Positions 1 through 10,494 of a stretch of 64,000 bases of DNA are shown piece by piece. The translations under genes were made by a program, and so were the position numbers. Origin of the DNA: an uncultured Legionellales bacterium (GTDB lineage Bacteria > Pseudomonadota > Gammaproteobacteria > UBA1113); NCBI GenBank assembly GCA_945957175.1, contig CAMFJL010000004.1, positions 21,994-85,993 on the forward strand, given 5' to 3'. The notes under the pieces were generated by a model that was not told where the DNA came from, ran no database searches, and was given only the letters and a program-made list of their open reading frames with translations. Within the stretch, counting starts at the first letter, position 1, and each line of letters begins with the position of its first letter.

Positions 1-112
1 TGGTCAATACGACTGGAAGATTCGTTTCGCCCATTAAACGCTCACGATGCCTGGTAGGTACCGCCATCCGACCCTTATCGTCGATTGTCAGATTCGCTAT
101 CCCACGAAACAT
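1..112 (-). CDS. mraZ: Division/cell wall cluster regulator MraZ, 5' part (runs off the window)
   Basis: Manual translation from ATG at 112: MFRGIANLTIDDKGRMAVPTRHRERL, the MraZ N-terminal DxKGR signature. Not in the ORF track. Confidence 0.92.
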   Translation of the reverse strand, partial: MFRGIANLTIDDKGRMAVPTRHRERLMGETNLPVVLT

Positions 113-185
113 CACTTTTATCCCACTTTATATCCACTTTGTCCCACACCGTCACACTATAGTTAACATTTACCACTTATGTCAA
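111..185 (-). promoter_or_regulatory. dcw/mraZ promoter with MraZ-binding GTGG(G/A) repeats
   Basis: Minus strand TTGACA (185-180), 18 nt spacer, TATAGT (161-156). GTGG(G/A) repeats at 122, 133 and 143, spaced 10-11 bp, directly upstream of the mraZ start. Confidence 0.75.
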
Positions 186-342
186 GCCAAGATGCAAAAA
201 ATTTTTAATCGAGATGGGTCTGTACTTACAGGGAGGTTTCGTTTGCGTGGATAGGGACTAGGCGTTGGCCAACCGGCGTTATCGTAGCGCTGTTAGCAGC
301 ATGGTTGGCACTTAAGAGAGGGAATACGGAAACGGCTATATC

Positions 343-584
343 GAGTTTGTACAGAAAATTTAAAGTGATCCGGCCACACGCATTATCGTTAAGTCAACTA
401 TCGATCGCGCCCATAGTTTAAATCTCGATGTCATTGCTAAAGGTGTGGAAACTAGCGAACAGCTTGCAATATTGCAACAGTACGATTGTGACGAAGTACA
501 GGGATACTATTTTGCAAACCTGTATCACCTGAAGATATCGCTGTGATTATAAAAAATAACTTTATCATTCCGGCAATGAAATAG
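343..584 (+). pseudogene. C-terminal remnant of an EAL (c-di-GMP phosphodiesterase) domain
   Basis: FVQKI*SDPATRIIVKSTIDRAHSLNLDVIAKGVETSEQLAILQQYDCDEVQGYYFA, then a 1-nt frameshift before (K)PVSPEDI. In-frame stop at 361 and AEGVE changed to AKGVE. Confidence 0.8.
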
Positions 585-608
585 AAAATTCTTTGCCAAA
601 AATTGCGT

Positions 609-1574
609 TTAGCTTGTTATTTTTTCAACATGAATGCCTAACACTGTTGGGTCTTGCTGCAGATTTCGTAGCTCTACGCTAAGCGGTATATCGATTACTT
701 TGTCATACAATGATGAAGCCTCTCGAAATACTTGTCCGTGCGAGGTATCAAAGACAAATCCCATATGAGCTATTTGAAGGTTGGTGCCAAAATCCGCGAT
801 ATCTTTTGGATCGCGATAAACAATTTCGATAAGACTACCATTGGGTATTTGCTTAAGCATCGCTAAATTGACTTCCCCACTACGCTTAATAAGCACTGAT
901 GTGGGAATGTAATCAACGCTGACTTTCATGTCTTGACTCAAGTTCTGATACGACTTTAACCATTGTTGAATCTGCTTTAGCTGTCTTTGAGAGGGAGGTG
1001 TCAGTAAACGCACACGCTGTAAGCCTGTACGTTGATACCAGGCGGGCTTATTAATATCACTTGTTAATGTTTGTATGCTTATCTGATGGTTATTAGCACC
1101 CAAGCTTGACGTCACATTTATAAAAGCGCCGCTTGCTTCATTGTTTTCATTGAAATCGATAGAGGCAAAGTGATTACGATGAAAAAAATCAACTTGACCG
1201 TGCTTATACATAAGATTTTGATAGTGTTGCTTAAATACAGCGATATTTTGGCTTTGGGCTAATGCAATCGCTGTGACAACGTACGTTGTACAATCAAAAG
1301 CATCGCTACGATATAACGGTGCCTGGTCAATTTGTCCTTGAGGTCCTTCACCATTAGGAAATAAAAGATAGGGCTTGCCAAGCAACCAGGCACTTGCACC
1401 CGCTAAACGTATAGTAAATACAGGAGATTTCGCTGCTGTTTGTTCCCACCAGAAAGACAATGCTTGGTCATATTTGATTGTTTCATAGGGTGCTATGATG
1501 GTAACAGCATAACTGGATGACACTAAACTAAGCCATCCACATAATAAGCCAGCGACATACCAACGTATTTTCAT
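609..1574 (-). CDS. DUF1460 family N-acetylmuramoyl-L-alanine amidase-like secreted protein
   Basis: Signal peptide; FDCTTYV, RNHF and HMGF motifs. Confidence 0.8.
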   Translation of the reverse strand: MKIRWYVAGLLCGWLSLVSSSYAVTIIAPYETIKYDQALSFWWEQTAAKSPVFTIRLAGASAWLLGKPYLLFPNGEGPQGQIDQAPLYRSDAFDCTTYVVTAIALAQSQNIAVFKQHYQNLMYKHGQVDFFHRNHFASIDFNENNEASGAFINVTSSLGANNHQISIQTLTSDINKPAWYQRTGLQRVRLLTPPSQRQLKQIQQWLKSYQNLSQDMKVSVDYIPTSVLIKRSGEVNLAMLKQIPNGSLIEIVYRDPKDIADFGTNLQIAHMGFVFDTSHGQVFREASSLYDKVIDIPLSVELRNLQQDPTVLGIHVEKITS

Positions 1575-2563
1575 TGCCCTACCCTTTGGTGCGGTGCCTG
1601 TAATCGTTGCTCAAGTTGCCGCCAAAAACCTGATGGCAACACCGCGTGAACCGGCACAACCCAGGTATCACAAGCATTAGCAATGTCTTGGCATTTCACC
1701 GCATCTTTTTCTGTCATGAACCACGGTAACTGCCTGTCAAACGACTGAAAATCTGCAGATTGATAGGCATAATGATCGGGAAATGCGTGAGGCGTCACAT
1801 GAAGTCCCTGTGCTTTTAGCATCTCGAAAAAACGGTGCGGATAACCAATGCCCGCGATAGCCAACACCGATTGTCCCGCAAAATCGGCCAGCGATCTGCG
1901 CTCCCTGGTGCGTAAATGATAAACTTCGCCACAAGACAGTGTCATCGACCATGCATCCGCGTCATGGCTGCTACCATTGACAACCCACAGATAACGCGAA
2001 CGATCGCGAGGAAGTGGCTCACGAAGCGGTCCAGCGGGCAATACAAGCCCATTACCATGACCACGCTTGCCATCGCTGACAACCACAGCAACCGAAGGAT
2101 GCATCGCTAAATGCTGTAAACCATCATCACTAACAATGATATTGCATGGCGTTTGTTTGAGTAATGCTTGAATTGCGCGCGGACGTTTGGGATCTATCAT
2201 GACAGGACAAGCTGTTTCTCTTGCAATCAGCAAGGGCTCATCACCAACCTGCTTGGCATCCGCGTTGGGCATGACAGCATGAGGATAGTATGGTGGCTTA
2301 GCACCATAACCACGGCTCACCACACCTACACGTAAACCTTGTTGTTGCAAATATTTCACTAAAGCAATGACTAACGGTGTCTTACCCGTACCACCCACGG
2401 TCATATTACCCACAACAATCACTGGCACGGGTGCAACATAGGTGGACCATAATCCGCATCGATAGACCATGCTACGGCACAGTAAAAGAGTACGATAAAG
2501 CCAAGTGCAGGGTAACAGCAGCCATGCCTGCCACGTACGTGGCAAATGCCACCAAAAATCCAT
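1571..2563 (-). CDS. lpxK: Tetraacyldisaccharide 4'-kinase
   Basis: VGNMTVGGTGKTP, SRGYG, DDGLQH, GPLREP, TEKDAVK; follows msbA. Confidence 0.97.
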   Translation of the reverse strand: MDFWWHLPRTWQAWLLLPCTWLYRTLLLCRSMVYRCGLWSTYVAPVPVIVVGNMTVGGTGKTPLVIALVKYLQQQGLRVGVVSRGYGAKPPYYPHAVMPNADAKQVGDEPLLIARETACPVMIDPKRPRAIQALLKQTPCNIIVSDDGLQHLAMHPSVAVVVSDGKRGHGNGLVLPAGPLREPLPRDRSRYLWVVNGSSHDADAWSMTLSCGEVYHLRTRERRSLADFAGQSVLAIAGIGYPHRFFEMLKAQGLHVTPHAFPDHYAYQSADFQSFDRQLPWFMTEKDAVKCQDIANACDTWVVPVHAVLPSGFWRQLEQRLQAPHQRVGQ

Positions 2564-2575
2564 GATGCCTATTCC

Positions 2576-4402
2576 TTAATACGCATCGACAGCTGCTAGC
2601 TTATCAACCGCCGTTTTAGGTTCCGTGAATTGTAATTGATGCAGCATACAATAAGCGCCCCCTTGCTGAATAAGCGTCTTATGGGTGCCTTGCTCAACAA
2701 TATGACCATTTTCCAGTACGATGATAAGGTCGGCATTTTCGATAGTAGACAAACGGTGGGCTATCACTAAGGTTGTCCTATCTTTCATCACAGCCTCAAG
2801 CGCTGCTTGAATATAGCGCTCTGATTCGGTATCCAAGGCTGATGTCGCCTCATCAAGGATAAGAATAGGTGCATCTTTTAAAATCGCGCGCGCAATCGCA
2901 ATGCGCTGCCTTTGACCACCCGAAAGCAATACTCCATTCTCACCAACAAGCGTATGAATGCCATCTGGTAGTTTTTCAATAAATTCCATGGCATATGCCG
3001 CTTTAGCTGCTTGAATAACCTCAGCTTCTGTTGCATCTAAACCGTAACCAATATTATTAGCAATCGTGTCATTAAATAGCGTCACGTGTTGAGTAACCAA
3101 TGCAATTTGCTTTCTTAAATCAGCAAGCTTAATATCAAAAATATTGATATCATCGATGTAAATTTCACCCGCGCTTCTATCATAAAAGCGGGGTAATAAA
3201 CTCACCATACTGGTCTTACCACTACCCGACCGCCCCACTAAAGCAACAGTTTGTCCAGGCGCTACCTGTAAATTAATGTTAGAAAGCACCTGTTGGTCGC
3301 TTCTGTCATAATTTAAAGAAACATTGCGATATTCGATTTTACCGTTAACGCGAGCAACAGACATGTCACCCTTATCCAATTCAGTTGGCATATCTAAAAC
3401 TTCAAAAATACTTTCAGCACCAGCAAGACCGCGTTGAATCGTACCATTCACAGACGTTAAATTACGCATAGGTTTGAGTGTTGCCATCATCGCAGCAATC
3501 ACAGCTGTAAAAGAGCCTGCAGAAAGTGCATGTGCGCCATGTGGCTTCGTAGCTAGGTAAACCATGACAGCAACCACAGAGATACCTACCATCTGCACAC
3601 TGGAATCATTGATTGCCTTCAAAATAACTAATTTCAGCTCCCAATACATATTTTTTGCTGTCGCACGGTTAAACTTTTGAATTTCATAAGCCTCACCACC
3701 AAATGTACGCACAACTTTATAGCCTTCAAGCGCTTCCTCAGCAACGTGCGTGATTTCTGCCATGGCTTCTTGGGATTTACGGCTTAAGTTGCGAAGATGT
3801 CGACTACAAAGTTTCACAACAATCGCTAAGAGCGGCCCTGTCACTAAGAAAATAAGGGTTAATTGCCAGCTGATAGAAAACATCACAATCAGCAAGCCAA
3901 GCACCAGCGCGCCATTTTGAATAAGAATAGTGATGGAATCGGTACACGCAGCAGAAAGCTGAGCTGCATTATAAACGAGCATAGAGAGCAATTGACCTGA
4001 TGAGCTTCTATCAAAAAAACTGGCGGGCATATGGAGCAAATGAGCAAAAAGTTGTTGTCTGAAAGACATCACGATACTTCGCGCAACCAAACCCATTGAG
4101 TAATTACCGATTAAGTTCATAGCTGAGCGAATAAGAAATAAACCAATAATAATGAAGGGCAACCAAGCTAAAAACTTCACATCGGGATTAATAAAACCTT
4201 TATTAAGTAAAGGTTTTAATAAATAAACGTATGTTGAATCAACTGCCGAATAACAAGCATTTGCAGCAACTGCCACAACAAATGCAACCCAATAACTTTT
4301 GCCATACGCTAATAATCTTTTATAAACTTGCCAAGCATTGCCTTGAGGGCGCTTTCTCGCAAGCATTTTGGCTTGTCTGGCACTTATCAATAACTTACTC
4401 AT
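2576..4402 (-). CDS. msbA: Lipid A export ABC transporter MsbA
   Basis: TM domain plus GRSGSGKT, LSGGQRQR, DEATSALD; comEC-msbA-lpxK synteny. Confidence 0.96.
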   Translation of the reverse strand: MSKLLISARQAKMLARKRPQGNAWQVYKRLLAYGKSYWVAFVVAVAANACYSAVDSTYVYLLKPLLNKGFINPDVKFLAWLPFIIIGLFLIRSAMNLIGNYSMGLVARSIVMSFRQQLFAHLLHMPASFFDRSSSGQLLSMLVYNAAQLSAACTDSITILIQNGALVLGLLIVMFSISWQLTLIFLVTGPLLAIVVKLCSRHLRNLSRKSQEAMAEITHVAEEALEGYKVVRTFGGEAYEIQKFNRATAKNMYWELKLVILKAINDSSVQMVGISVVAVMVYLATKPHGAHALSAGSFTAVIAAMMATLKPMRNLTSVNGTIQRGLAGAESIFEVLDMPTELDKGDMSVARVNGKIEYRNVSLNYDRSDQQVLSNINLQVAPGQTVALVGRSGSGKTSMVSLLPRFYDRSAGEIYIDDINIFDIKLADLRKQIALVTQHVTLFNDTIANNIGYGLDATEAEVIQAAKAAYAMEFIEKLPDGIHTLVGENGVLLSGGQRQRIAIARAILKDAPILILDEATSALDTESERYIQAALEAVMKDRTTLVIAHRLSTIENADLIIVLENGHIVEQGTHKTLIQQGGAYCMLHQLQFTEPKTAVDKLAAVDAY

Positions 4403-4432
4403 GTACGCCTCAATTAGGATACTCGTTGTCTT

Positions 4433-6811
4433 TCAATCTGTATAGCGGTTAAATGTCAGTTGACCTTGCGGTGAAATAGACACACGCACGGCACCATCGC
4501 TGGCCGTATTACCTATCTGACTGTGAATAGCTTGATAGCTCTCAATAACGCGCGAGCGCGGAAAATGAAATCGATTCATATAACCCGCGGCGAATATAGC
4601 ATATTTTGGCCCTATTGTCATGATAAATTGCGGCAAAGCCGCGCCAGCACTACCATGATGCGGCACAACAATCACTGTGCTTGCAAGCGCACTACCTGCT
4701 TGCTTTAACAACCACTGTTCAGCTGGGGCTTCGATATCCCCTGTAAGTAACAAGCGCTTTCCACTCGCGCTTACTTGCAAGACACAAGAGCTATTGTTGT
4801 CTAATCCCAGGTGTGCCTTGTCCGGATATTGTACTTGAAAATCGACACCTTCCCAGCGCCAATGCATACCTGCTAAGCATTGTGAAACCTTTGTACGCGC
4901 ATCAAGCTTTAAAAGGTGTCGAATTTGTACAGGTGCACTCGTCAATATCGGTATAAAACCAAAAGCCTGGCTTAGCGCAGGATACCCCGCAATATGATCA
5001 TTATCATAATGACTTAACAACACCTGATTAACGGTTCTTATACCACTTGCTCTAAGATAAGGTACAATCACAGCCGCACCTGCATTAAAGCCCGAAGGAT
5101 CGCCCGGACCCGTATCATAAATCAGTGTATGACCCTGTGTACGAATCACTGCAGCTAAACCTTGACCAACATCTAGCACCGTGAGCTCAACCCCGCCCTC
5201 ATCTGGCGTCACCGGAGGATTAAGGCACGCCGGCAATAATAACCCAAAACCCAACTGACGCCATGGCACCGCAGCAGGCGCTAACAGCCAGGCCGTAGCC
5301 CATAGTGCCAAACATAAGGCTGTCAATGTCCCAACACCGCCCATCCAAGTGACGTAAGGTACGTTCGCAAGGCCTGTTAATGCTGGCCAAAACCCTGTAA
5401 GCAACTTAAGCGCCAACAACAGTAAATGATGCCCCACCCAAAACCAACATACTTGTAATAAACAGCCCACGAGCGCAATAGGCACAATAATCGTGCCTAT
5501 CCAAGGAATAGCCAGCAAATTGGCAGGCATCGCCACCAATGAGACTTGCTGAAACAAAGCTAGCATCAATGGTGCTAACAGAAAGGTCACACACGCCTGC
5601 AACCAAAGCCACGCGCACCAGCGATACCGATGATGATCGGGATGCAAACCAAGGTAGCTAAGGGCCATGACCGCAATGAATGATAGCCATAGACCACTAC
5701 TTGTGACAGAAAGTGGCGATATGAACAAAATTAATGCTAAGGTTAATGCCCAGATCCAAGGCCAGGCTAATCGACGACGACACCCTAGCGCCCAAGCAGC
5801 CATGCTTACCATCAATGCCGCACGTTGCGTTGAAACCGCGAGTCCTGCAAGCAGGGCATAACCCCAAGCCGCCAAAACACCAAGCCATAAACCCGCAATC
5901 CTCGCGGGAATCCATAAGCAAAGCCTTGGCCATAAACGCCATAGATATTTGCCTAACAAACACATTAACCCAGCGACTAAACCAATATGCAAACCGGAGA
6001 TTGCTAACAAATGCGCCGTGCCCGTATGAATAAAAATATGCTGTATCTGCGGTGATACTAGGCTTTTATCACCTAAACAAAGCGCTATTAAAACACCCAC
6101 TAACGGCGATGCTGGCAAGGTATTCAACATCATTTGACGCATATGTGCACGCCACATATCAATACGGATTAACCACGGGAGATGCCAAAAGGGCGCCCGA
6201 TACCATGTCGCAGACAGCACCGTTCCCACTGCTTGAATATCTTGCTGTTGTAACCAAGCAACATAAGCGAAACTGCCAGGATTTTGAAATCCATGTAATG
6301 GCCGCAGACGTAGTTGTAAACGTAAATGCTGACCTGGTATCAATGCAAAGCGAGGCTGATACCACTGCAATCGTAAGTGCACATCATCTTGCTTACTCGA
6401 TGACGACATTGTAGTAGCTTGAGGGATGCGAGGTGTTGCTGTCTGAATTTGCTGAATAGGTACAACGACATCAAATAATGTCGCATGTGCTTTAGCCTGA
6501 GGTAATCCTATGACAGTCGCCATCAAAGACATATTCACAGGCGCCAACAAAGTCTTGGGTAACTGCCAACGAATAACATGGTGATACGCCCGCTGCCACG
6601 TGATCATACCCAAGCAACAAACCAGCAACATGAAACACGCTTGGCGCCCCCATAAGCGCCAGATTATCTGATGCTTACTTACACCATAAGTATAGGCGCC
6701 CGCACCACATAGGCCGGCTACCAAAGAAACGCTAAACGTTCCAAACTGTGACTCCAAATAACCTTGAGAAGCAAGTGCAACGCCACTGATAAAAGCCAGC
6801 AGCACCAACAT
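4433..6811 (-). CDS. comEC: DNA internalization competence protein ComEC/Rec2
   Basis: HLLAISGLHIG competence domain; DVGQG, SHYDNDH and VPHHGS metallo-beta-lactamase motifs. Confidence 0.95.
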   Translation of the reverse strand: MLVLLAFISGVALASQGYLESQFGTFSVSLVAGLCGAGAYTYGVSKHQIIWRLWGRQACFMLLVCCLGMITWQRAYHHVIRWQLPKTLLAPVNMSLMATVIGLPQAKAHATLFDVVVPIQQIQTATPRIPQATTMSSSSKQDDVHLRLQWYQPRFALIPGQHLRLQLRLRPLHGFQNPGSFAYVAWLQQQDIQAVGTVLSATWYRAPFWHLPWLIRIDMWRAHMRQMMLNTLPASPLVGVLIALCLGDKSLVSPQIQHIFIHTGTAHLLAISGLHIGLVAGLMCLLGKYLWRLWPRLCLWIPARIAGLWLGVLAAWGYALLAGLAVSTQRAALMVSMAAWALGCRRRLAWPWIWALTLALILFISPLSVTSSGLWLSFIAVMALSYLGLHPDHHRYRWCAWLWLQACVTFLLAPLMLALFQQVSLVAMPANLLAIPWIGTIIVPIALVGCLLQVCWFWVGHHLLLLALKLLTGFWPALTGLANVPYVTWMGGVGTLTALCLALWATAWLLAPAAVPWRQLGFGLLLPACLNPPVTPDEGGVELTVLDVGQGLAAVIRTQGHTLIYDTGPGDPSGFNAGAAVIVPYLRASGIRTVNQVLLSHYDNDHIAGYPALSQAFGFIPILTSAPVQIRHLLKLDARTKVSQCLAGMHWRWEGVDFQVQYPDKAHLGLDNNSSCVLQVSASGKRLLLTGDIEAPAEQWLLKQAGSALASTVIVVPHHGSAGAALPQFIMTIGPKYAIFAAGYMNRFHFPRSRVIESYQAIHSQIGNTASDGAVRVSISPQGQLTFNRYTD

Positions 6812-6814
6812 GCG

Positions 6815-7984
6815 CTAAGAATGGCTCGGTGAAGCCATACGCAAGACCAGCACACCCCAGATACCTGAAAGTAACGAACCCAACAGCACGCCGCTACGCA
6901 CATCTTGGATAAGCGTTTCACTGCCATTGCCAAAGGCCAAACTGCCAATAAAAAGGCTCATGGTAAAACCAATACCACAAAGCACCGCAGCACCATAAAA
7001 GGCAGACCAAGTTGTAGCTGTTGGCATAACAGCCCAACGCAAGCGAATTGCCAGCCAAGACAGCAGCAAAATACCCAATTGCTTGCCTATAAATAAACCC
7101 AGCGCAATACCAAGCGTGATAGGTGCTAATAACTGTGCTGCTATATGACCTTGTAAAACAAGACCTGCATTGGCAAACGCAAACAGCGGCAAAATAGCGT
7201 AATTGACCCATGGATTTAACTGATGCTCAAGCTCAGCAGCAGGTTGGCCCATGGTTTTGACAGTATCATGCGGATACGCCCATGCCAATATCACACCCGC
7301 CAAGGTCGCATGCACACCTGATTTAAGCACACAAAACCATAAGATAATACCTACAATCATATAAGGGCTTAGCGCTGTGATTCGCATACGGTTGAAACCA
7401 AACAGCAGCAAACAACAAAGACTCGAGAATATAAGTGCTAGCCAAGATAAAGTCTGTGTATAAAATAGTGCGATAATCACGATGGCCCCCAAGTCATCGA
7501 TAATCGCAAGTGCAGTTACTAATGCTTTAAGTGCGACAGGGACTCGACTACGTAGCATGGCAAATACAGCGAGTGTAAATGCAATGTCTGTTGCGCTAGG
7601 AATTGCCCAACCTTGTCTTGCAATCGGATCGTTATAGGTTATGACGATGTAAATAAGTGCAGGTACAACCATGCCACCTAAAGCAGCGAATAGTGGTAAG
7701 CTTGCTTTTTTTATCGTATTTAATTCACCATCGATAAGCTCATGTTTAATCTCTAGCCCTATCATTAAAAAAAAGAGGGCCATCAAACCATCATTGATCC
7801 ATAGCACTAAGGGTTTAACAAAACCATAGCCGTGCCAAACATAACCTATCTGCCAATTGAATAATGTTTCGTAATAACCCGCTAACGGACTGTTAACAAC
7901 GATGAGTGCTAAAAGTGCCATCAACATGAGTAATAGCCCACTACCCACACCACTTTCAAACAGGGAGGGTAATTGTTTTAGCAT
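6815..7984 (-). CDS. nhaA: Na+/H+ antiporter NhaA
   Basis: WINDGLMA, ATDIAF, AIIDD, GIGFTMSLFI. Confidence 0.97.
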   Translation of the reverse strand: MLKQLPSLFESGVGSGLLLMLMALLALIVVNSPLAGYYETLFNWQIGYVWHGYGFVKPLVLWINDGLMALFFLMIGLEIKHELIDGELNTIKKASLPLFAALGGMVVPALIYIVITYNDPIARQGWAIPSATDIAFTLAVFAMLRSRVPVALKALVTALAIIDDLGAIVIIALFYTQTLSWLALIFSSLCCLLLFGFNRMRITALSPYMIVGIILWFCVLKSGVHATLAGVILAWAYPHDTVKTMGQPAAELEHQLNPWVNYAILPLFAFANAGLVLQGHIAAQLLAPITLGIALGLFIGKQLGILLLSWLAIRLRWAVMPTATTWSAFYGAAVLCGIGFTMSLFIGSLAFGNGSETLIQDVRSGVLLGSLLSGIWGVLVLRMASPSHS

Positions 7985-8715
7985 GCCTCACCCACAGTCT
8001 CTTCGCTTGGCCAAACAACTTGGCCCGCTTGATGTTGAATTGCCGCAAGTTTTTGTTGATGTAATACAAGCTCTGTCGCATCCGCATAAAGTACGGGCAA
8101 ATCTGTTGTCTCTTTAGGCAAATCAGTGGTTGTTTGTATTGTATAAACCGGTGTTGTTGATTTATCTTCGTGAACAGGTAATAAGCTCGCCTGCCCACCT
8201 GTCATGGCCAGATAAACACGTGCCAATAAATCAGCATCGACTAATGCGCCATGCAACACTCGCTTTGAGTTATCAACGCGATAACGTTTACATAATGCAT
8301 CTAATGAGTTTTTTTGACCTGGATGTAATTTCCTAGCCATTGCTAATGTATCCACAACACTGCAATAATGTTCAACTGATTTTAACTTGCGATCATGCCG
8401 CTTAAACTCGTGATTAATAAAACCAGTATCAAATGGTGCATTATGAATAATAAGTTGTGCGCCATCAATAAATTTAAAAAAATCATTAAAAACATCAGAA
8501 AATTTAGGTTTATCTGCTAAAAATGCAAGACTGATGCCGTGAATTTCTTCAGCCTTTTGATCAATATCTCGCTCGGGGTTAATATACACATGAAAACTTT
8601 CACCTGTGAAGCGTCTATCCACAAGCTCAATAGCCGCAATTTCAATGATGCGATGTCCAGTTCGGGGATCTATCCCTGTTGTTTCCGTATCCAGTGCCAG
8701 TTGTCTTAATTTCAT
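7978..8715 (-). CDS. dnaQ: DNA polymerase III epsilon subunit
   Basis: LDTETTG, HNAPFD and HGALVD DEDDh motifs; MTGGQ clamp motif. Confidence 0.97.
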   Translation of the reverse strand: MKLRQLALDTETTGIDPRTGHRIIEIAAIELVDRRFTGESFHVYINPERDIDQKAEEIHGISLAFLADKPKFSDVFNDFFKFIDGAQLIIHNAPFDTGFINHEFKRHDRKLKSVEHYCSVVDTLAMARKLHPGQKNSLDALCKRYRVDNSKRVLHGALVDADLLARVYLAMTGGQASLLPVHEDKSTTPVYTIQTTTDLPKETTDLPVLYADATELVLHQQKLAAIQHQAGQVVWPSEETVGEAC

Positions 8716-8722
8716 AGATTCC

Positions 8723-9157
8723 TCAAGGTAGTGTCAGGATGGCTTGCCTTGCCAGACTATCAACTCTTTCGTTTTCAATATGTCCTGAATGTCCGCGCAC
8801 CCAGTGCCATTTGATCTCGTGTGACTTAGCCAGTGCGGAAAGTACTTGCCATAAATCAACATTTTTAATGGGTCGATTATCTGCCGTGCGCCAATGCCTG
8901 CGTTGCCATCCAGGCATCCACTCGGTCATGCCTTTCAAGACATACTGCGAATCTGTGTATATATTTATCAAACATGCGTGCTTAAGCTCTGACAACCCAT
9001 TAATAACAGCCATCAATTCCATACGATTATTAGTTGTGTGTGCTTCAGCACCCGATAAAACTTTTTCGCGTTCATGATACCGTAATAAAACAGCCCATCC
9101 CCCAGGGCCTGGATTACCACTGCATGCGCCATCCGTATACATATCAACTGTTTTCAT
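8723..9157 (-). CDS. rnhA: Ribonuclease HI
   Basis: [29 protein letters not shown]. Confidence 0.98.
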   Translation of the reverse strand: MKTVDMYTDGACSGNPGPGGWAVLLRYHEREKVLSGAEAHTTNNRMELMAVINGLSELKHACLINIYTDSQYVLKGMTEWMPGWQRRHWRTADNRPIKNVDLWQVLSALAKSHEIKWHWVRGHSGHIENERVDSLARQAILTLP

Positions 9158-9230
9158 GTGTTGCTCTTTCTTTTTTCAATTTATAGCCACCTTCTTTCAA
9201 AACCCCTAATTTCATATGCCGGCGTTATGA

Positions 9231-9290
9231 TTGTAGAAACGACACTTATGGTCGCTCGCAAACGGGCCGGTACAAGACCGGCGCCTACAA
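9231..9290. repeat. Degenerate pair of GTAG-type REP palindromes
   Basis: tgtagaaacgacacttatggtcgctc...gggccggtacaagaccggcgcctaca, related to the REP at 35309 and 40411. Confidence 0.5.
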
Positions 9291-9363
9291 GCATATATCC
9301 GCGATTTTCTCGCATTTTCCTTGATCACGGGCATATATTCATGTTGTCATATTGAGCAACATC

Positions 9364-10122
9364 TTAAGATTTCATCCACGCAAGCGAATCCGCCCATTTA
9401 TCCTTTAAAAGCCATCGCGGTCGGATAGGTGTCAGCGGCATAACTTGTTTATATGCATGAACGAGATAAACAGCGCCCCAAGAAGGCCAGCCCAAACGCC
9501 CCAATGTTTCAATAAAGCCTACTTGCGTTAAATGCATGCCACAGTAAGGAGGACCAAAATAACATGTTCGCATATCAGCAACAACACAAGCTGCGCGTGT
9601 TAACGCTTGTCGGATATGGCCCATGCGCAATAAATGTCCGTGAAAGGGTGGAAGCTTATCTTGCTGCCACGGTCGCACTAAGCCCCATAAACTGACAGGA
9701 TTAAAACCTACTATGAGCATATTGCCCTGCGGAACCAACACGCGCGTTAACTCTTCGATAATCGTTGAGGACTCCGGCAACCATTCTAGGGCGTAAGGCA
9801 CGATGACTGCATCGAAGCTATTGTCGGCAAAAGGAAGCTGATAAACATCGGTACACACATCAGTCCCGCCCAAAGCACAAAATTCGCTGTTTAATGATAG
9901 ATGATGCGGAATAGGGCAAGTCACCAACCATGACTCAATATCCAGTGGACCTACCACAAGTAAACGTTGCCCAAAGAACTCGCACGAGAGTTGTTTTACT
10001 TCCTTGCACACAGTATCCCAAACCCTTTGTCCAAGCGCTGTCTTGTGCCAAAGCTGTAAGGCCTGATGATAATCTGTTAACAACTCGCGTGCATCCTCCT
10101 TGTCATACCCGTTGCTTTTCAA
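9364..10122 (-). CDS. Class I SAM-dependent methyltransferase (YafS-like)
   Basis: LPFADNSFDAV, RVLVPQG, GFNPVSLWG; usual position upstream of rnhA. Confidence 0.85.
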   Translation of the reverse strand: MKSNGYDKEDARELLTDYHQALQLWHKTALGQRVWDTVCKEVKQLSCEFFGQRLLVVGPLDIESWLVTCPIPHHLSLNSEFCALGGTDVCTDVYQLPFADNSFDAVIVPYALEWLPESSTIIEELTRVLVPQGNMLIVGFNPVSLWGLVRPWQQDKLPPFHGHLLRMGHIRQALTRAACVVADMRTCYFGPPYCGMHLTQVGFIETLGRLGWPSWGAVYLVHAYKQVMPLTPIRPRWLLKDKWADSLAWMKS

Positions 10123-10186
10123 ATCTGACTTTGTGATAGTATAGTGTTGCGGATGCTTGGAGACAATAGCACCAAATACTTAAGTA

Positions 10187-10416
10187 TATACCCGCGATCA
10201 TTGAAAAAGCGAGCAATCGCCAACATTCAAAAAATGCTCTTTTGCCATCTATAGTTTGAGCTATAGCATGCCTTCTTCCGCCGTGTGTAGGAGGGTGTAG
10301 CCTAGAGCCGGGTGAAGATGCATTGGGAAAAGGAGCCACAACAGCGGATGAAGGATAATCATACACCATCGCATAGCGATGACAAAACATGCATATTGAA
10401 GAAACTTTGGTGTACA
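10187..10416. mobile_element. ERIC-like MITE copy
   Basis: Left end TATACCCGCGATCATTGAAAA; internal catcgcatagcgatgac palindrome; right end TTGAAGAAACTTTGGTGTACA. Confidence 0.55.
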
Positions 10417-10494
10417 CTTCGTCTCCCAACGCATCTGCAATAATAGGCTTTTATCTAGGTATAGCAGCAATCTCTAAACTGTGATAGAGTTTTA

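Noticed and set aside
186..608. RNase P RNA (rnpB), which often lies upstream of mraZ
   Set aside because: No GAGGAAAGTCC or ACAGAA.CCGGCTTA hallmark on either strand; most of the space is an EAL remnant.
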